A stretch of 64,000 bases of DNA from the human T2T-CHM13v2.0 reference genome, Homo sapiens, in assembly GCF_009914755.1 (NCBI RefSeq), contig NC_060934.1; one strand, given 5' to 3'. The notes under the pieces are model-generated. The model did not search any database, was not told where the DNA came from, and worked only from the letters and a program-made list of their open reading frames with translations. Numbering within the stretch: the stretch's first letter is position 1; every line of letters starts with the position of its first letter. A program made the position numbers and the translations under genes. Of the stretch, positions 1 to 12,914 are shown one piece after another.

Positions 1-687
1 AATCTAATCAAGTTTGCTGTTAGTTGTGCATTAGCAGTATAAAAGCTAATATATACTATATGGTCTTGCAACAGTTTTAAAGCCTCTGCATAATTGATAG
101 TAAAAAATGCATGACATTTTGGTCTTTAATAGACTTTTAAAATTATAATTTTAGGTTTAACATGTAGATCTTTGTACAGTTGACTTTTTGACATAGCAAG
201 GCCAAAAGTAACTTTCTGAATATTTTTTTCTTGTGTATAAGTGGAAACGGCATTTTTCACATATAAGTGGGCTAACCAATATTTTCAAAAGAACTTTATC
301 ATTGTGCAACTAACAACAGTAATTAGCCCTTAATTATGGTGACAGTTCCTTATTGGGGAGTGTGTGAGATTATCTAGCAACTATTACAGTATAACACAGT
401 TAATCTTCTCCACACACCCTATTGCCCAGATAATTTACAATTCTGTTAATAGTGAGGTTGATAAAGTATTACTGATAAAAAAAAAGATTAAGAAAAAAAC
501 AGAAAATTATTTGGTGTGGCCATCTTACATGCTTATGTGTCTTCTACACAAAGCTAAATATTCTAGCAGTGATGTAATGAAAAATTACATCTTACTGTTG
601 ATGTATGTATGTTCTGGTACACAGATGTCATTTTGTTGTCACAGGACTACAGTGAAATACACAAATAAAAAATTAAATTAAAAAAAA
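1..687 (+). pseudogene. Probable 3' end (3'UTR plus decayed poly(A)) of a processed pseudogene, truncated by the window edge; parent unknown
   Basis: Repeat-free, AT-rich, 3'UTR-like sequence ending in AATACA/AATAAA (656-669) and an A-rich tract (663-687); no GU-rich downstream element. Inference only. Confidence 0.4.
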
Positions 688-698
688 GATCATCTGAA

Positions 699-1031
<333 letters not shown>

Positions 1032-1559
1032 TTATGCTCTTACATGAATTTTAATGGTGTTTAATTCTTCAAAGTAGATTTTTAAATGCTAAATATGTCT
1101 TTCCATATAATATTTGGAGACCTAAGAGTTGAAATAGTGGTATTTCAAGGTAGCTTGAATAAAGTGCATTGACAGACACTTCTGTAAGATGGCTTTACTT
1201 CATCCTTCTGGTATTCCCTATTGCCCAAGAAAAAAAATCTTTATGGTTCCTTTGAATTTCTTCTATTCTTTGGTTATGCTTCAGACTGAAGGCTAAATTA
1301 ATTTTATTTCTAGATTCTGGATACTTAAGATACTTCTTTTACAATTGTTTTCTATTAACAAACTTCATCCAATAACCCCAGAGATTAGGGGGAAAGGAAA
1401 ACAAAGATGTACAGGGTGCCTCCTCCATGAAAGATGCTGTACTGTGTGTTTTCACATCTGTGTCTCAATCACTTCTCACAAAAGCCCTGTAAAAATAGCA
1501 TTAATATTAATAATAAGAGCTGACTTTTATTGATTTCTACATAGAAGATCTCATTTGTT

Positions 1560-1930
1560 TGAACACTAATCTTAGGAAGTAAGGTTGATCTCCCAGTTGT
1601 ACAGATGAGAAACTCTAAAGCTTATGGGAGTTAAAAACACAACTGGGAAATCATAGTATTAAGATTTAAGCTCTTATATTAATTCTTCCAATGGCTATGC
1701 TTTTAACCATGAAGCAGTACTGCTTATCTGTAAATTAGAGAGCATAATCTCCATTTTAGAGATGAGAATATATTAGGTTGGTGCAAAAGTAATTGTGTTG
1801 TTTGCCATTGAGTGATGGCAAAACTGCAATTATTTTTGCACTAGCCTATAGGTTCAAAATGTGCTCAGATCACACATTTAATAAATAGCAGGGCCCAGAT
1901 CAGATTTGAAAGTGACTACATCTAACTCCC
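1560..1930 (-). mobile_element. MIR fragments (one interrupted by MADE1)
   Basis: MIR core variants TACAGATGAGAAA and CCATTTTAGAGATGAGAA, ...AGATCACAC. Confidence 0.6.
1773..1848. mobile_element. MADE1 (Hsmar1-derived MITE)
   Basis: TTAGGTTGGTGCAAAAGTAATTG...CAATTATTTTTGCACTAGCCTA terminal inverted repeats flanked by TA on both sides. Confidence 0.92.
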
Positions 1931-2115
1931 AAATCTGAGTGCTCCACCTTGCACCACACCTTGCTGATGCAAAGAGCAAGTTTTCAAGGTGGACTACAAT
2001 AAAGCTACTTTCCATTTAATTCTAGATGTGGGACTAACTTTTATATATTATACTACCAAGGCAGGGAATGAACTGGGATGAGCTGACACTTCATCATGAC
2101 TAGAAAAGCCTGTCT

Positions 2116-2400
2116 GGCCAGGCGTGGTGGCTCATTCTTGTAATCTCAGCAATTTGGGAGGCCAAGATGGGAGGATTGTTTGAGCCCAGAAGTTTGAGGC
2201 CATCCTGGGCAACATAGCAAGACCTCATTCCTACAAAAAAAAAAAAAATTAAAGAGTATCCAGCTGCACTGGCATATTCCTATAGTCCCAGTTACTCAGG
2301 AGGCTGAGGCAGGAGAATCACTTGAGCCCAGGGGTTTTGGGGTTGCAGTGAGCTATGATTGCACCACTATACTACAGCCCAGGCAACAAAGGGACACTGT
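2116..2400 (+). mobile_element. AluJ
   Basis: GGGAGGATTGTTTGAGCCCAG and CTGGGCAACATAG (J-type); TSD AAAAGCCYGTCT before the Alu and again at ~2703-2714. Confidence 0.92.
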
Positions 2401-2702
2401 AGGAGAGAAAGGGAGAGTAGAAAGGGAAAGGAGAGGAGAGGAGAGGGGAAGGGGGAGGGGGAGGGAAGGGGAAAGTAGGGGAGGGAAGGAGGGAAGGTAG
2501 GGGAGGGGAGGTGAAGGGGAAAGGAAAGGAAAGGAGAAAGGAAAGGAAAGGAGAAAGGAAAGGAAAGGAGAAAGGAAAGGAAAGGAGAAAGGAAAGGAAA
2601 GGAGAAAGGAAAGGAAAAGAGAAAGGAAAGGAAGGGAAGGGAAGGGAAGGAGAGAAGGGAAAGGAGAAGAGAAAGGAGAAGGGGAGGGGAGGGAAGGGAA
2701 GA
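2401..2702 (+). repeat. ~300 bp polypurine compound microsatellite (GGAGA/GGGA/GGAAA)n
   Basis: Almost pure A/G tract read directly. Confidence 0.95.
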
Positions 2703-3049
2703 AAAAGCCCGTCTGGCCCAGACACTTTTCTGAGATGGCCCAGTGGGGGAATCTTGATCCTTCCAATGGGCCAATAATGAGCATATGCTTCGGTGTGCCA
2801 AATCTGCCTGTGCCACTTTCCTCAGGACTTTTCCTACAAGACAGCAGGAAAAAAAAAATGGTGGTTTTCCTTCCTCCCTGGGTTTCTCTTTGGGTTTCCT
2901 TGGGTTTCTCTTTCACTTTTGTTTTTCTAATTTGTAACCCAACCAAGATCATGGGAGGATACACAGCACCTGTTAAAGGGACTTGGGATTTTTGTCAAAC
3001 AGGCCAGGAATTCAGTACTGTCCACATGATCTTTTCTAGACTCCATTTA

Positions 3050-3205
3050 GTCTTCGTGTGGTCCAGCAGCATCAGCATCACCTGGGATCATATTAGGAAT
3101 GCAGATTCTCAGGACCCTGCTCAGACCTACTGAATCAAACTTTGCATTTTAACAAGATCCCCAGGTGATGTGCACACACATTGGAGTTTGAGAACCCTTG
3201 CTCTA
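3050..3205. mobile_element. MER5A-type hAT-Charlie DNA transposon
   Basis: CAGCAGCATCAGCATCACCTGGG...AATGCAGATTCTCAGG...CAGACCTACTGAATCA...GCATTTTAACAAGATCCCCAGGTGAT...AGTTTGAGAACC. Confidence 0.85.
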
Positions 3206-3229
3206 GAGCATGATAACTAACATTCCAAG

Positions 3230-3335
3230 CCCCAATTTTCTTGTCTGTAAAATGGGAATGATAAGCAGGGCATTTTAGAGGATAATAATAAATGCAAAGG
3301 GCCATGTACAGAAACCTGACTCACAGTAGGTATTT
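3230..3335 (+). mobile_element. MIR fragment
   Basis: TCTGTAAAATGGGAATGATAA core and CCTGACTCACAGTAGG 3' part. Confidence 0.7.
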
Positions 3336-3449
3336 AATTTAAAAGATCAATTACAATTTTATGGTTATTATTATTATCCCAATTCTCTCCAGATACTATT
3401 TCATTTTTCAGAAACCTCATCTGTTTTTCCTGCTCTACTAGATATTTTC

Positions 3450-4440
3450 CACTAACATACAAACATATATGGGACTGTTTTCCCCATCAGAATAATACAG
3501 AGACAGAACTCCTCTCCTGATGCTACTTTGTCTCCATCATAGCCACATTTCTCTCTCTCCTTCCCTTGATATCGAAGCATCTCAAACAAGTTGTCTAGAC
3601 ATACTCTTCGTTCTCTCCTTCCCTTCTCTCTTGAGCCCAGTCCAAGCAGGATTTTGTCCCCAATACTCCACCAAAACAGCTTTTCTCAAGGACATCTGTG
3701 ACCACCATGTTTCTGAATCCAGATTTCCTTTCTCAGTCTTCATCTCACTTATTTAGTGTATCAGCAGCACTTTTTGCCTTAAAATACATTTTCATTTTGA
3801 TTCCAGGACACCACACTCACCTGACCATCCTCTTACATCCCTTGCTATTCCTTTTCAGTCTCATTTACAGGTACTTTCTCTCTTTTATACTTGTACATAT
3901 GGACATGCTATAGGGCTCAGTATTTGGACCAATTTTTTTTTCTGTCTACAAATCACTCCCTGATGACCTCATTCAATCTCAATGACTTTAATTATAATAT
4001 CATCTATGAGGTAATAACTTCTAAATTATATCTGTAGCTTGGAACTTTCCCCTAAACAATAAGCTCGTCTATATAACCAACTACTATCGTCTCCAGCCAT
4101 CTGCATAGCTCGTTCGTTCACTTCCTTAGTCTCTTTACTTAAAAAAATCACTTTCTCATTGAGACGGGCCCTGGGCATCCTAAAATTCTAACTACCCTTC
4201 CTCCACATGAAAATACACATCTTCCTTTCCTTTTTATTTTTTCTTCCTAGCACTTATCACTATCTAATGTATTACATGTTTTAGCTTTATATGCCTTACT
4301 TATCATTTCTCCCTCCTCCCTCACTTGAATGTAAGCTCCACTAGAAAAGGATCTTTGTTTTCTTTTTTCTCTACCATATGCCCTGTGCCTAGAATAGTGC
4401 GTAGCATATAATTGTTGCTAAACAGTCACTAATCAAATGT
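3450..4440 (+). mobile_element. L2 LINE, 3' portion
   Basis: CTCCACCAAAACAGCTTTTCTCAAGG, TCAGTCTTCATCTC, and L2 3' end GAATGTAAGCTCCA...GTGCCTAGAATAGTGC. Confidence 0.8.
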
Positions 4441-4444
4441 AGGA

Positions 4445-4555
4445 TTCCACTTTACAGCTAAAGGAACACAGGCTCAGGATGGGCGTTCCCAAGGTCACAG
4501 AGCCAGATGATGGCAAAGCTGTGAATTGAACGCTAGTGTGTCTGACACCAAATCT
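4445..4555 (-). mobile_element. MIR
   Basis: CACTTTACAG...GGCTCAG...CCCAAGGTCACAGAGC...TCTGACACCAAA. Confidence 0.75.
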
Positions 4556-5069
4556 CCATGTCAAATACTACCTATATTTGAAAGAGTTTTTCCAGGGCCG
4601 CTTTCATTCTTCAGCTTTTGTTTTTGTAAATGATATGTTTTGTTGGACTCAGTGCTCTCCTCTTCAGCAGGACTACATTTTCTATTAAGACATGTTAACA
4701 CGCCATCAAATAATTAGGAAGTATCAGATTATCTCACCTGAAGCATCGTGTTTCCAAGTAATCTGTTTCAGAGAACTTGAATCAAAGCAAAACGGGAAAT
4801 GAATAATGTTTCCTTTTAATTTCTTCCTGTCACCTCTTCTTTCCTCTGCCTCAACAAACAGTACTTGGATATTCTCACAGAAACAGTATAGGAAGGGGAG
4901 GTTTATCACATTCTATGGCTCCTCTAAAAATAAGGTCTGATTTAAAACATCAGGAAACACACTTCTTTTCTCTGACTACAGAGTTAGCAGTAAATATCCT
5001 TTCCTTTTCCTGCCACTGCAGCCGCAACAATAGGACTTGTGGAAAGTGAGTCTAACTTATGCAAAAGTA

Positions 5070-5215
5070 TTACTCCTAGCTCTGCCATTTTCCAGCAGGG
5101 CTGTCTGGATTTCTTCGAGTTTCATTTTCCCTGTATAAAGTGGGAATAATAGCATTACCTTGGAAGGTTGCTGCAAGTAAGTATTAATAAAGATAACACA
5201 CACAAAAAGCTTAGG
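5070..5215 (+). mobile_element. MIR
   Basis: CCTAGCTCTGCCA...CTGTATAAAGTGGGAATAATAGCATTACCT...GGTTGCTG. Confidence 0.65.
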
Positions 5216-5389
5216 TTGAGGTTTATAAGCTGTTATAAAAGTCAACTTTCTTCTGACTTCAATGAAACCAGCTCATATTTGTAGGACTTGTTGCTGCTTA
5301 TTCACTCCAGCAGTATAAAGCAGATGGATTGGGTCCCTTAGCGGGAAAAGCAAAGAACCAGCTTCCATGTAGCTGTGGGGGCGCTTGGC

Positions 5390-5560
5390 ACATATTATCT
5401 CTAGTTCTCATAATGACACTATAAGGTGAGCAGAATTAGCTCCATCTCAGAGAGGAGGAAACTCAGGTTCAGAGATGGTAAAGAATTGGCTCTGGGTCAT
5501 GGATCCAACCAGGAGCATAACAAGAATTCAAACTCAGGCCTAACTCCAAAGAGTCCATTA
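5390..5560 (-). mobile_element. MIR
   Basis: CAGAGAGGAGGAAACTCAGGTTCAGAGATGGTAAAG...GAATTCAAACTCAGG. Confidence 0.7.
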
Positions 5561-6189
5561 TTTCCACCAGAGCAGCACCTCCATCATCCCTCAGGCCCAA
5601 GTAACCCCTTTCCCGGACACAATTTGCCTGTAATGGACTCTCCCAACCTTGGAAAAATAACATCACCCAAACAAGCCCAGCCGTCACTCAAACAGAAAAA
5701 TGTACATCTAATTGCATTTTTTTTTTACTTTCCTAAGGCATTTCATATCCATTTTGTCCTCTCCATCCCTGATGGCACTGCCTGTTCAGATGTCTACATC
5801 TCTCACCTGAGTCATTATAATTTCTCCCTAACTCATCTCTGTGCCTCCAGTTTCCCAGCTGCATAATTTATCTTCATGTTGGTGTCAGATAGGGCTTACT
5901 GAGCACAGATGGGGCCTTCCCTGGCTCTGAATTCTTTGAAAGTTCCCAATTGCCTACAGAGTAAATCTCAAACTTCCTATCATGACGTGCAACCATCTCT
6001 CCATGGTCACTTCCTGCCACATCTACCATGTACCCTTTGCTTCTTTCATAGTGGGATCCTTATTGTTCCCCAAATATGTTGAGCTCAAGTCATGCTTGTC
6101 CGTGTAGTTCAATAAACTGAAGTGCTAGTCTCTAACCAGCAAAGTCTTTCTCATAGTCACGCTCACCTGTGCATATGGGAGTATGGTTG

Positions 6190-7090
<901 letters not shown>

Positions 7091-7099
7091 TACTTTAAA

Positions 7100-7370
7100 A
7101 GTTCCTATTCGTCCTTCAAACCCTACCACAAAATCCTCCTCTGAAGGCTTTCCTAATTCTCATGGTCCGAATAAATCCATCTTCCTTTCAACTTTCAGGG
7201 TAGTCTTGCTCCACTTCATCTTATAGTATAGTAGGTTATTTATATGTCTTATTTAACAACTAGACTGAGAGTGTCTGAGCACAGGCTCCAAGTCTGACTC
7301 ACCTGGCACAAGTTTCACCCATTCCAGGAGGCCTTCCTCAGCAGGGACTTAATGAAATATTTACTGAAAA
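7100..7370 (+). mobile_element. L2 3' fragment
   Basis: CCTCCTCTGAAGGCTTTCC, ACTAGACTGAGAG, AAATATTTACTGAA. Confidence 0.5.
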
Positions 7371-7784
7371 GGGAGACACTGATGCATCTTTATAGATGTA
7401 GCCTCATAACCGACTTATGACTGGGACTCATTTGGAACAGAAATGGGTGTGTTGTAAGAAAACATTTGGAAATTTATGCTCAGTGTTGGAATGTCAACAG
7501 TGGGGATTTTATGCTCAGTGTTAGAATGTCTGGTTTCTGATTATAATTTCCTATACCTTTGTATCTCTCTCCCATGAACACAAGTGTCTGACAACCATGA
7601 GTCCATGCTGCCCATACACTGCTGTCTTACACTGTAAGAGAGAGATGAGGGACAAGGAAATCAAGAACCATGCAGTGGTGAGTGTGGAGGAAGTTTGTAT
7701 TGAGTTGAATTTGAGAGGCAAAGAGAAAGTCTTCATGAGAGCAATGGGTTGAGAGATCTTAAGAGCAAAAGAAATGAGAAATAA

Positions 7785-10110
7785 GTTTTTTTTCCTGATT
7801 TTTATTTTTTGGTTTAGGGTGTACATGTGCAAGTTTCTTAGATGAGTAAAATGCGTGTTCTAAGGTTTGGGATACAAATAATCCTGTCACCCAGGTAGTG
7901 TGCATAGTTAGTACTTCATAGGTAGTTTTTCAACCCTCACTCCTTCTCACTCTGCCTCAACTAATCCCCAGTGTCTATCGTTAGTACCTTTGTGTTCACA
8001 TGTATCCAGTATTTAGCTCCTGCTTATAAGTGAGAACAGGTGGTATTTGGTTTTCTGTTCCTACGTTAGTTCACTTAGGATAATGGTCTCCAGCTGCATC
8101 CATGTTGCGAAAAAGCATGATTTTGTTTTTTATGGCTGTATAGTATTCCATGGCATATATGTACCACATTTTCTTTACGCAATCCACTGTTGATGGGTAT
8201 CTAGGTTGATTCTATGTCTTTGCTATTGCGAATAGTGCTATGATCAACATAAGAATGCATGAGTCTTTTTGGTAAAGAGTTTATTTTCCTTTGGATATAT
8301 GCCCAGTAATGGGATTGCTGGGTCAAGTGATAGTTCTGTTTTAATTTCTTTAAGAAATCTCTACACTTCTTCCCACTTTTGCTGAACTAATTTACATTCC
8401 CACCAGCACTGTATAAGAGTTCCCTTTTCTCCACAGCCTCACGGATATCTTTTATTTTATGACTTTTTGATAATAGCCATTCTGGCTGGTGTAAGATAGT
8501 ATCTCATGTGGTTTTGATTTCCATTTCTCTAATGATTAGTGATGCTGACCATTTTTCATGTGTTTGTTGGCTGCTTGTATGTCTTCTTTTGAGACGTGTC
8601 TGTTCATGTCTTTTGCCCATTTTTTAATGGGGTTGTTTGATTGTTGCTTGTTGAATTGTTATATACCCTATAGATTCTAAACATTAGGCCTTTATTGGAT
8701 GCATGTTTTGTAAATATTTTCTCCCATTGTGTAGGTTGTCTCTTTACTCTGTTGATAGTCTCTTTTGCTGTGCAGAAGCTCTTTAGTTTACTCAGATACC
8801 ACTTGTCAATTTTTGGTTTTGTTGCAATTGCTTTTGGGGACTTCTTAGTCATAAATTATTTGCTAAGGCTAATGTCCCGAATAGTATTTCCTGGGTGTTC
8901 TTCTGGGTTTTTATAGTTCTAGGTCTTACATTTAAGTCTCTAATCCATCTTGAGTTAAATTTTGTGGATAGTGAAAGGAAGGGGTCCAGTTTCACTCTTC
9001 TGCATATGGCTAGCCAGTTATCGCAACACAGTTTATTGAATAGAAAGTTCTTCCCCCATTGTTTGTTATAAAAGGTCAGCTTTGTTGAAGATCAGGTGGT
9101 TGTGTGTAGCTTTATTGTTAGGTTCTCTATTCTATTTTGTTGATCTATGTGTCTGTTTTTGTTCCAGTACTGTGCTGCTTTGATTACTGTAGCCTTGTAG
9201 TATAGTTTGAAGTTGGGTAGTGTGATGCCTCTGGCTTTCTTCTTTTTACATAGAATTGTTTTGCCTATTCAGGCTCTTTTTTGGTTCCATATGAATTTTA
9301 GAATAGCTTTTTTCTAATTTTGTGGAAAATGATGTTGATAAATTCAATAACATTACATCTGTAAATTGCTTTGGGCAGTAGAGCTGTTTTAACAATATTG
9401 ATTCTTCTTATCCATGAACATGGAACGTTTGTCCATTTGTTTGTGTCATCTCTGATTTCATTCAGCAATGTTTTGTAGTTCTCATCATAGAGATCTTTTG
9501 CCTCCTTGGTTAGCTGTATTCCTAGGTATTTTATCCATTGTGTAGCTATTGTAATTGGAATTATGTTCCTGATTTGGCTCTCAGCTTGAACATTATTGGT
9601 GTATAGAAATGCTACTGATTTTTACACCTTGATTTTGTATCCTGAAGCTTTACTGAAATTATTTATCAGTTCCAGGAGCCCTTTGGCAGAGACTATGGGA
9701 TTTTCTAAGTTTAGAATCATATCTGTAAAGAGAGATAGTTTGACTTCCTCTCTTACTATTTAGATGCCTTTTATTTCTTTCTCTTGCCTGATTGCTCTGC
9801 TAAGACTTTCAGTACTATGTCGAATAGGTGTGGTGAGAGTGGGCATTCTTGTCTTGTTCTGGTTCTCACTGGGAATAGTTCTAGCTTTTGCCTCTTCCAT
9901 ATGATGTCGGCTGTGGGTTTGTCATAGATGGCTCACATTACTTTGAAGTATGTTTCTTCAGCACCTAACTGGTTGAGGGTTATTAACATGAAAGGATGTT
10001 TAATTTTATTAAAAACCCTTTCTGCATCTATTGAGATGATCATGTGGTTTTTGTTTTTAATTCTGTTTATGTGGCGAATCACACTTATTGATTTGGATAT
10101 GTTGAACCAA
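7785..10110 (-). mobile_element. 5'-truncated L1PA (older, L1PA13-16-like), 3'UTR plus ORF2 C-terminal part, degenerate
   Basis: GGGTGTACATGTGCAAG...TGTCACCCAGGTAGTG 3' end; ORF 8604-8852 ([41 protein letters not shown]) is L1 ORF2. Confidence 0.92.
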
Positions 10111-11084
10111 CAGAAAATATAATTTTATAAAGGAATAGGAAATGAAAATTTTGCTGTGGGATATAAATTCTGTCCTCATAGATGTTTTACAAGAGATTTT
10201 AATAAATATGGAAAATGCTTGAATCCCTTTCATTTAGCAGACTGTGTTTCTTTGAATGAGATTACATGCTAGGCTATGAGAAACCTCAGCTTTTATTCAC
10301 TTAGCACAAGTAGTAGGGAGACCCAGAGCTTTTCTTCCATCTTTTGAATAGCCTAATGAAATAGTAGATCAATCTACAATAAGGATCTGAGTCAGACCCA
10401 ACAATGACATTTCCTCACTTTGAACTGGACTCATAGTAACTCAGCGCGACACATTTGTTCACTCATGCCAATCAGACTGATTTATATATTTCTGTACCTA
10501 TGATAAGTATTTATAAAATCAAATGTATTGATCAATATATTCTGTTTGGTAGTCAAAAATAAATCTTTTAAATTCTGAAGTGTCTGGGGTTAGGAACAAT
10601 ACAAAAGGTAGGCCATTTGTGACAGAAAGGTTTGAAGCATGCAGGTCAGTCATTTAAATCCTACAGAAAGATGGAGCAGATCATTTACTCAAGAAGCATA
10701 GAATCTGGCTCCTATGATTATGTTTCTATGTTTATTATAAGAAAGATGGTTATACCAAGGAGAGCTTCTAACAGCCAAATAGCAGAGACACACAAAGCTG
10801 GAAGGCCCCCAAAGCCAGATCAAAACATGTTAAACCCAGATAGGGTGCCTCTAAGCAAAGATCCACTATTAACAATTAGGACAATGTCAAGTACTAATTC
10901 TATAGGGAATGACACCTAACCTATTTTTAATTTGTGTCTTTATGCATTTGCTTTTTAAATGTTTAATATTCCCACATAAGCAAGGAGATATAGTCAAGTA
11001 CTGTAGGATTTAAAATAGTAATAGATAAGCAGGTAGATGATAAATCGATAGGTAGGTAGGTAGGTAGATAGGTTAAATAAGTGA

Positions 11085-11590
11085 TCCATTCTAAAGAGTT
11101 TTACAAGCTGTTATAAAGAATAGGGTAGAGACACATGTACTGACCTAGACGATATCCAGGATATATTGCTGTGCTGGAAAAAATAAATCGCAATAAAATA
11201 TGTGTAATATGATTCTATTTATGTTTTTTAAGTGCACAAAATAACACTCTACACCTCTGCAGGTAGATAGATAGAAGGAGGAATCTTATAAAATAAAAAG
11301 TTATTACATGTAACTCCTTTATACATTTGTGAAAGAAAATAAAGGTAATTATGCACAATGATATTTGATCATTTGTGACCTACAAAAGCAGTAATTTTAT
11401 GTTATCTAACAACAATTACAGAGGGAAAGACATCAAAGGCTGTATCAACTAATAACCATGGTTATCTCCAGAAAGGAGACTGGGACTAAGGGTTGACACT
11501 TACGATGACATTTTGATTATCTGAATTGTCTGAATTTTTGTAATGTGAAGTATATATGTATTACTTAGATAATTATTTACATAAAGGTGA
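11085..11590 (+). mobile_element. Old L1M (L1MC/ME-type) 3' fragment
   Basis: ATGTACTGAC...GATATCCAGGATATATTG...TATGTGTAATATGATTCTATTTATG; AACTAATAACCATGGTTATCTC. Confidence 0.55.
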
Positions 11591-12279
11591 GATTTACATT
11601 TAATTATTAAAGAAGGAAAGAAGACAGGTAGACAGGCAAAAAAACATTATGTGTTCTGGAGGCTTACAAAAATTAGGGAGCAATGAGGAGAAGGGAAAAG
11701 GAGAGTTTTGAAGACAGAGACACATTGAGATAAGGAAGACTCAAGAGAATTTTAAGGCAATATTGCTATAATCATGTATGCAGTTTTTTCTCTCCACTCC
11801 CAAATATACCTCAGATGTTTTCTTGCAAGATTAAAGGATGAGGGAGCTGGAGTTAGAAATGAAGCAGCTGTGAGATCAGTGCCATGGGGTGAGTTTCAAA
11901 CAAATCGTCATATGAGTCACATAAAAAATGCTAATTGTCTGCCAGAGCAAATAATTATGGTGGCAAGACAGAGTAGAAAATCAATCACACATTTTTTTAT
12001 AAATGAGTTTTAAATGTGGGAAAAACCTCTATGAGGCAAAGCTGTAGTTCCAAACATCCTACTCAGTAGGGGGTCACCAACTGGACACCACAACCATTCT
12101 TTCCCAGGTCACTCTCAGGAGCCCAGAGTAGTTGTATATGTATAATCGTACATACAAAGTGCTCAGTAAGTAATCGATAGCTTGATTTTGTTCATGAGGA
12201 CTTAGCTTTTAAGTTTTGTGGCGAGCTTTGAAGTGAAAATGACTTTGAAGTCAATCCCAGACACTGGGATTGGCGCCTG

Positions 12280-12460
12280 ACATGTATCGTCTCATCCAAT
12301 TCACCTGATGATCCCACAGGAGGAAAATCCTATTGTGGTTCCTAAAAGAGGAAAATGAGGCTTACAGATATCAAGTAACCTTCCCAAAGTCACACAGCAA
12401 ATAAGCAGAGTGGTTGGGAATTGAATGCAGAACTGTCTAATCCAAAGTCTGGGTTCTATT
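12280..12460 (-). mobile_element. MIR
   Basis: GAGGAAAATGAGGCTTACAGA...AAGTAACCTTCCCAAAGTCACACAGC. Confidence 0.75.
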
Positions 12461-12708
12461 TCAGAAGGAAATCAAGTTCAAGATCACCATTTCTCTACCT
12501 CCAGCCCATAAACCACTGGGGTAAATTCTGATTGTGTCATCCAGCCCTGGCCCACTCCTTTGTCCCTCTGCATCTGTGGCAGAGAATTTAGAGAGCCCTC
12601 CTATCTTGATCCAGTTAGGGAAATACCAATCTAAAGAATATAATAAATACATAGGTTTACAAGCATGTACTTGTGTGTTCATTTATCAATAAAATTTATT
12701 ACATATAA

Positions 12709-12914
12709 GCCTGGGTGCAGTGGCTCATGTCTGTAATCCCAGCACTTTGGGAGGCCTAGGCAGATGGATCACTTGAGGTCAGGAGTTTGAGACCAGGAGA
12801 ATCGCTTGAACGTGGGAGGCAGAGTTTCAGAGGCTGCAGTGCACCACTGCACTCCAGCCTAGATGACAGAGAAAGACCCTGTCTAAAAAATAAATAAAAA
12901 AATAAATAAAACAA
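12709..12914 (+). mobile_element. Alu with internal deletion (end of left arm, linker and start of right arm missing)
   Basis: GAGTTTGAGACCAG joined directly to GAGAATCGCTTGAA; diverged 18-bp TSD at 12691-12708 and 12915-12932. Confidence 0.9.

Noticed and set aside
2353-3133. Longest ORFs (203, 149, 132, 117 aa)
   Set aside because: Mostly products of the stop-free purine/pyrimidine tract and adjacent Alu; no domain or splice context.
5365-5390. CTCF-like GGGGGCGCT half-site
   Set aside because: The 5' half of the motif does not match; expected by chance in 64 kb.
7473-7530. Repeat-spacer-repeat as a CRISPR-like array
   Set aside because: Only two units, 12-bp spacer, eukaryotic context, no cas genes.
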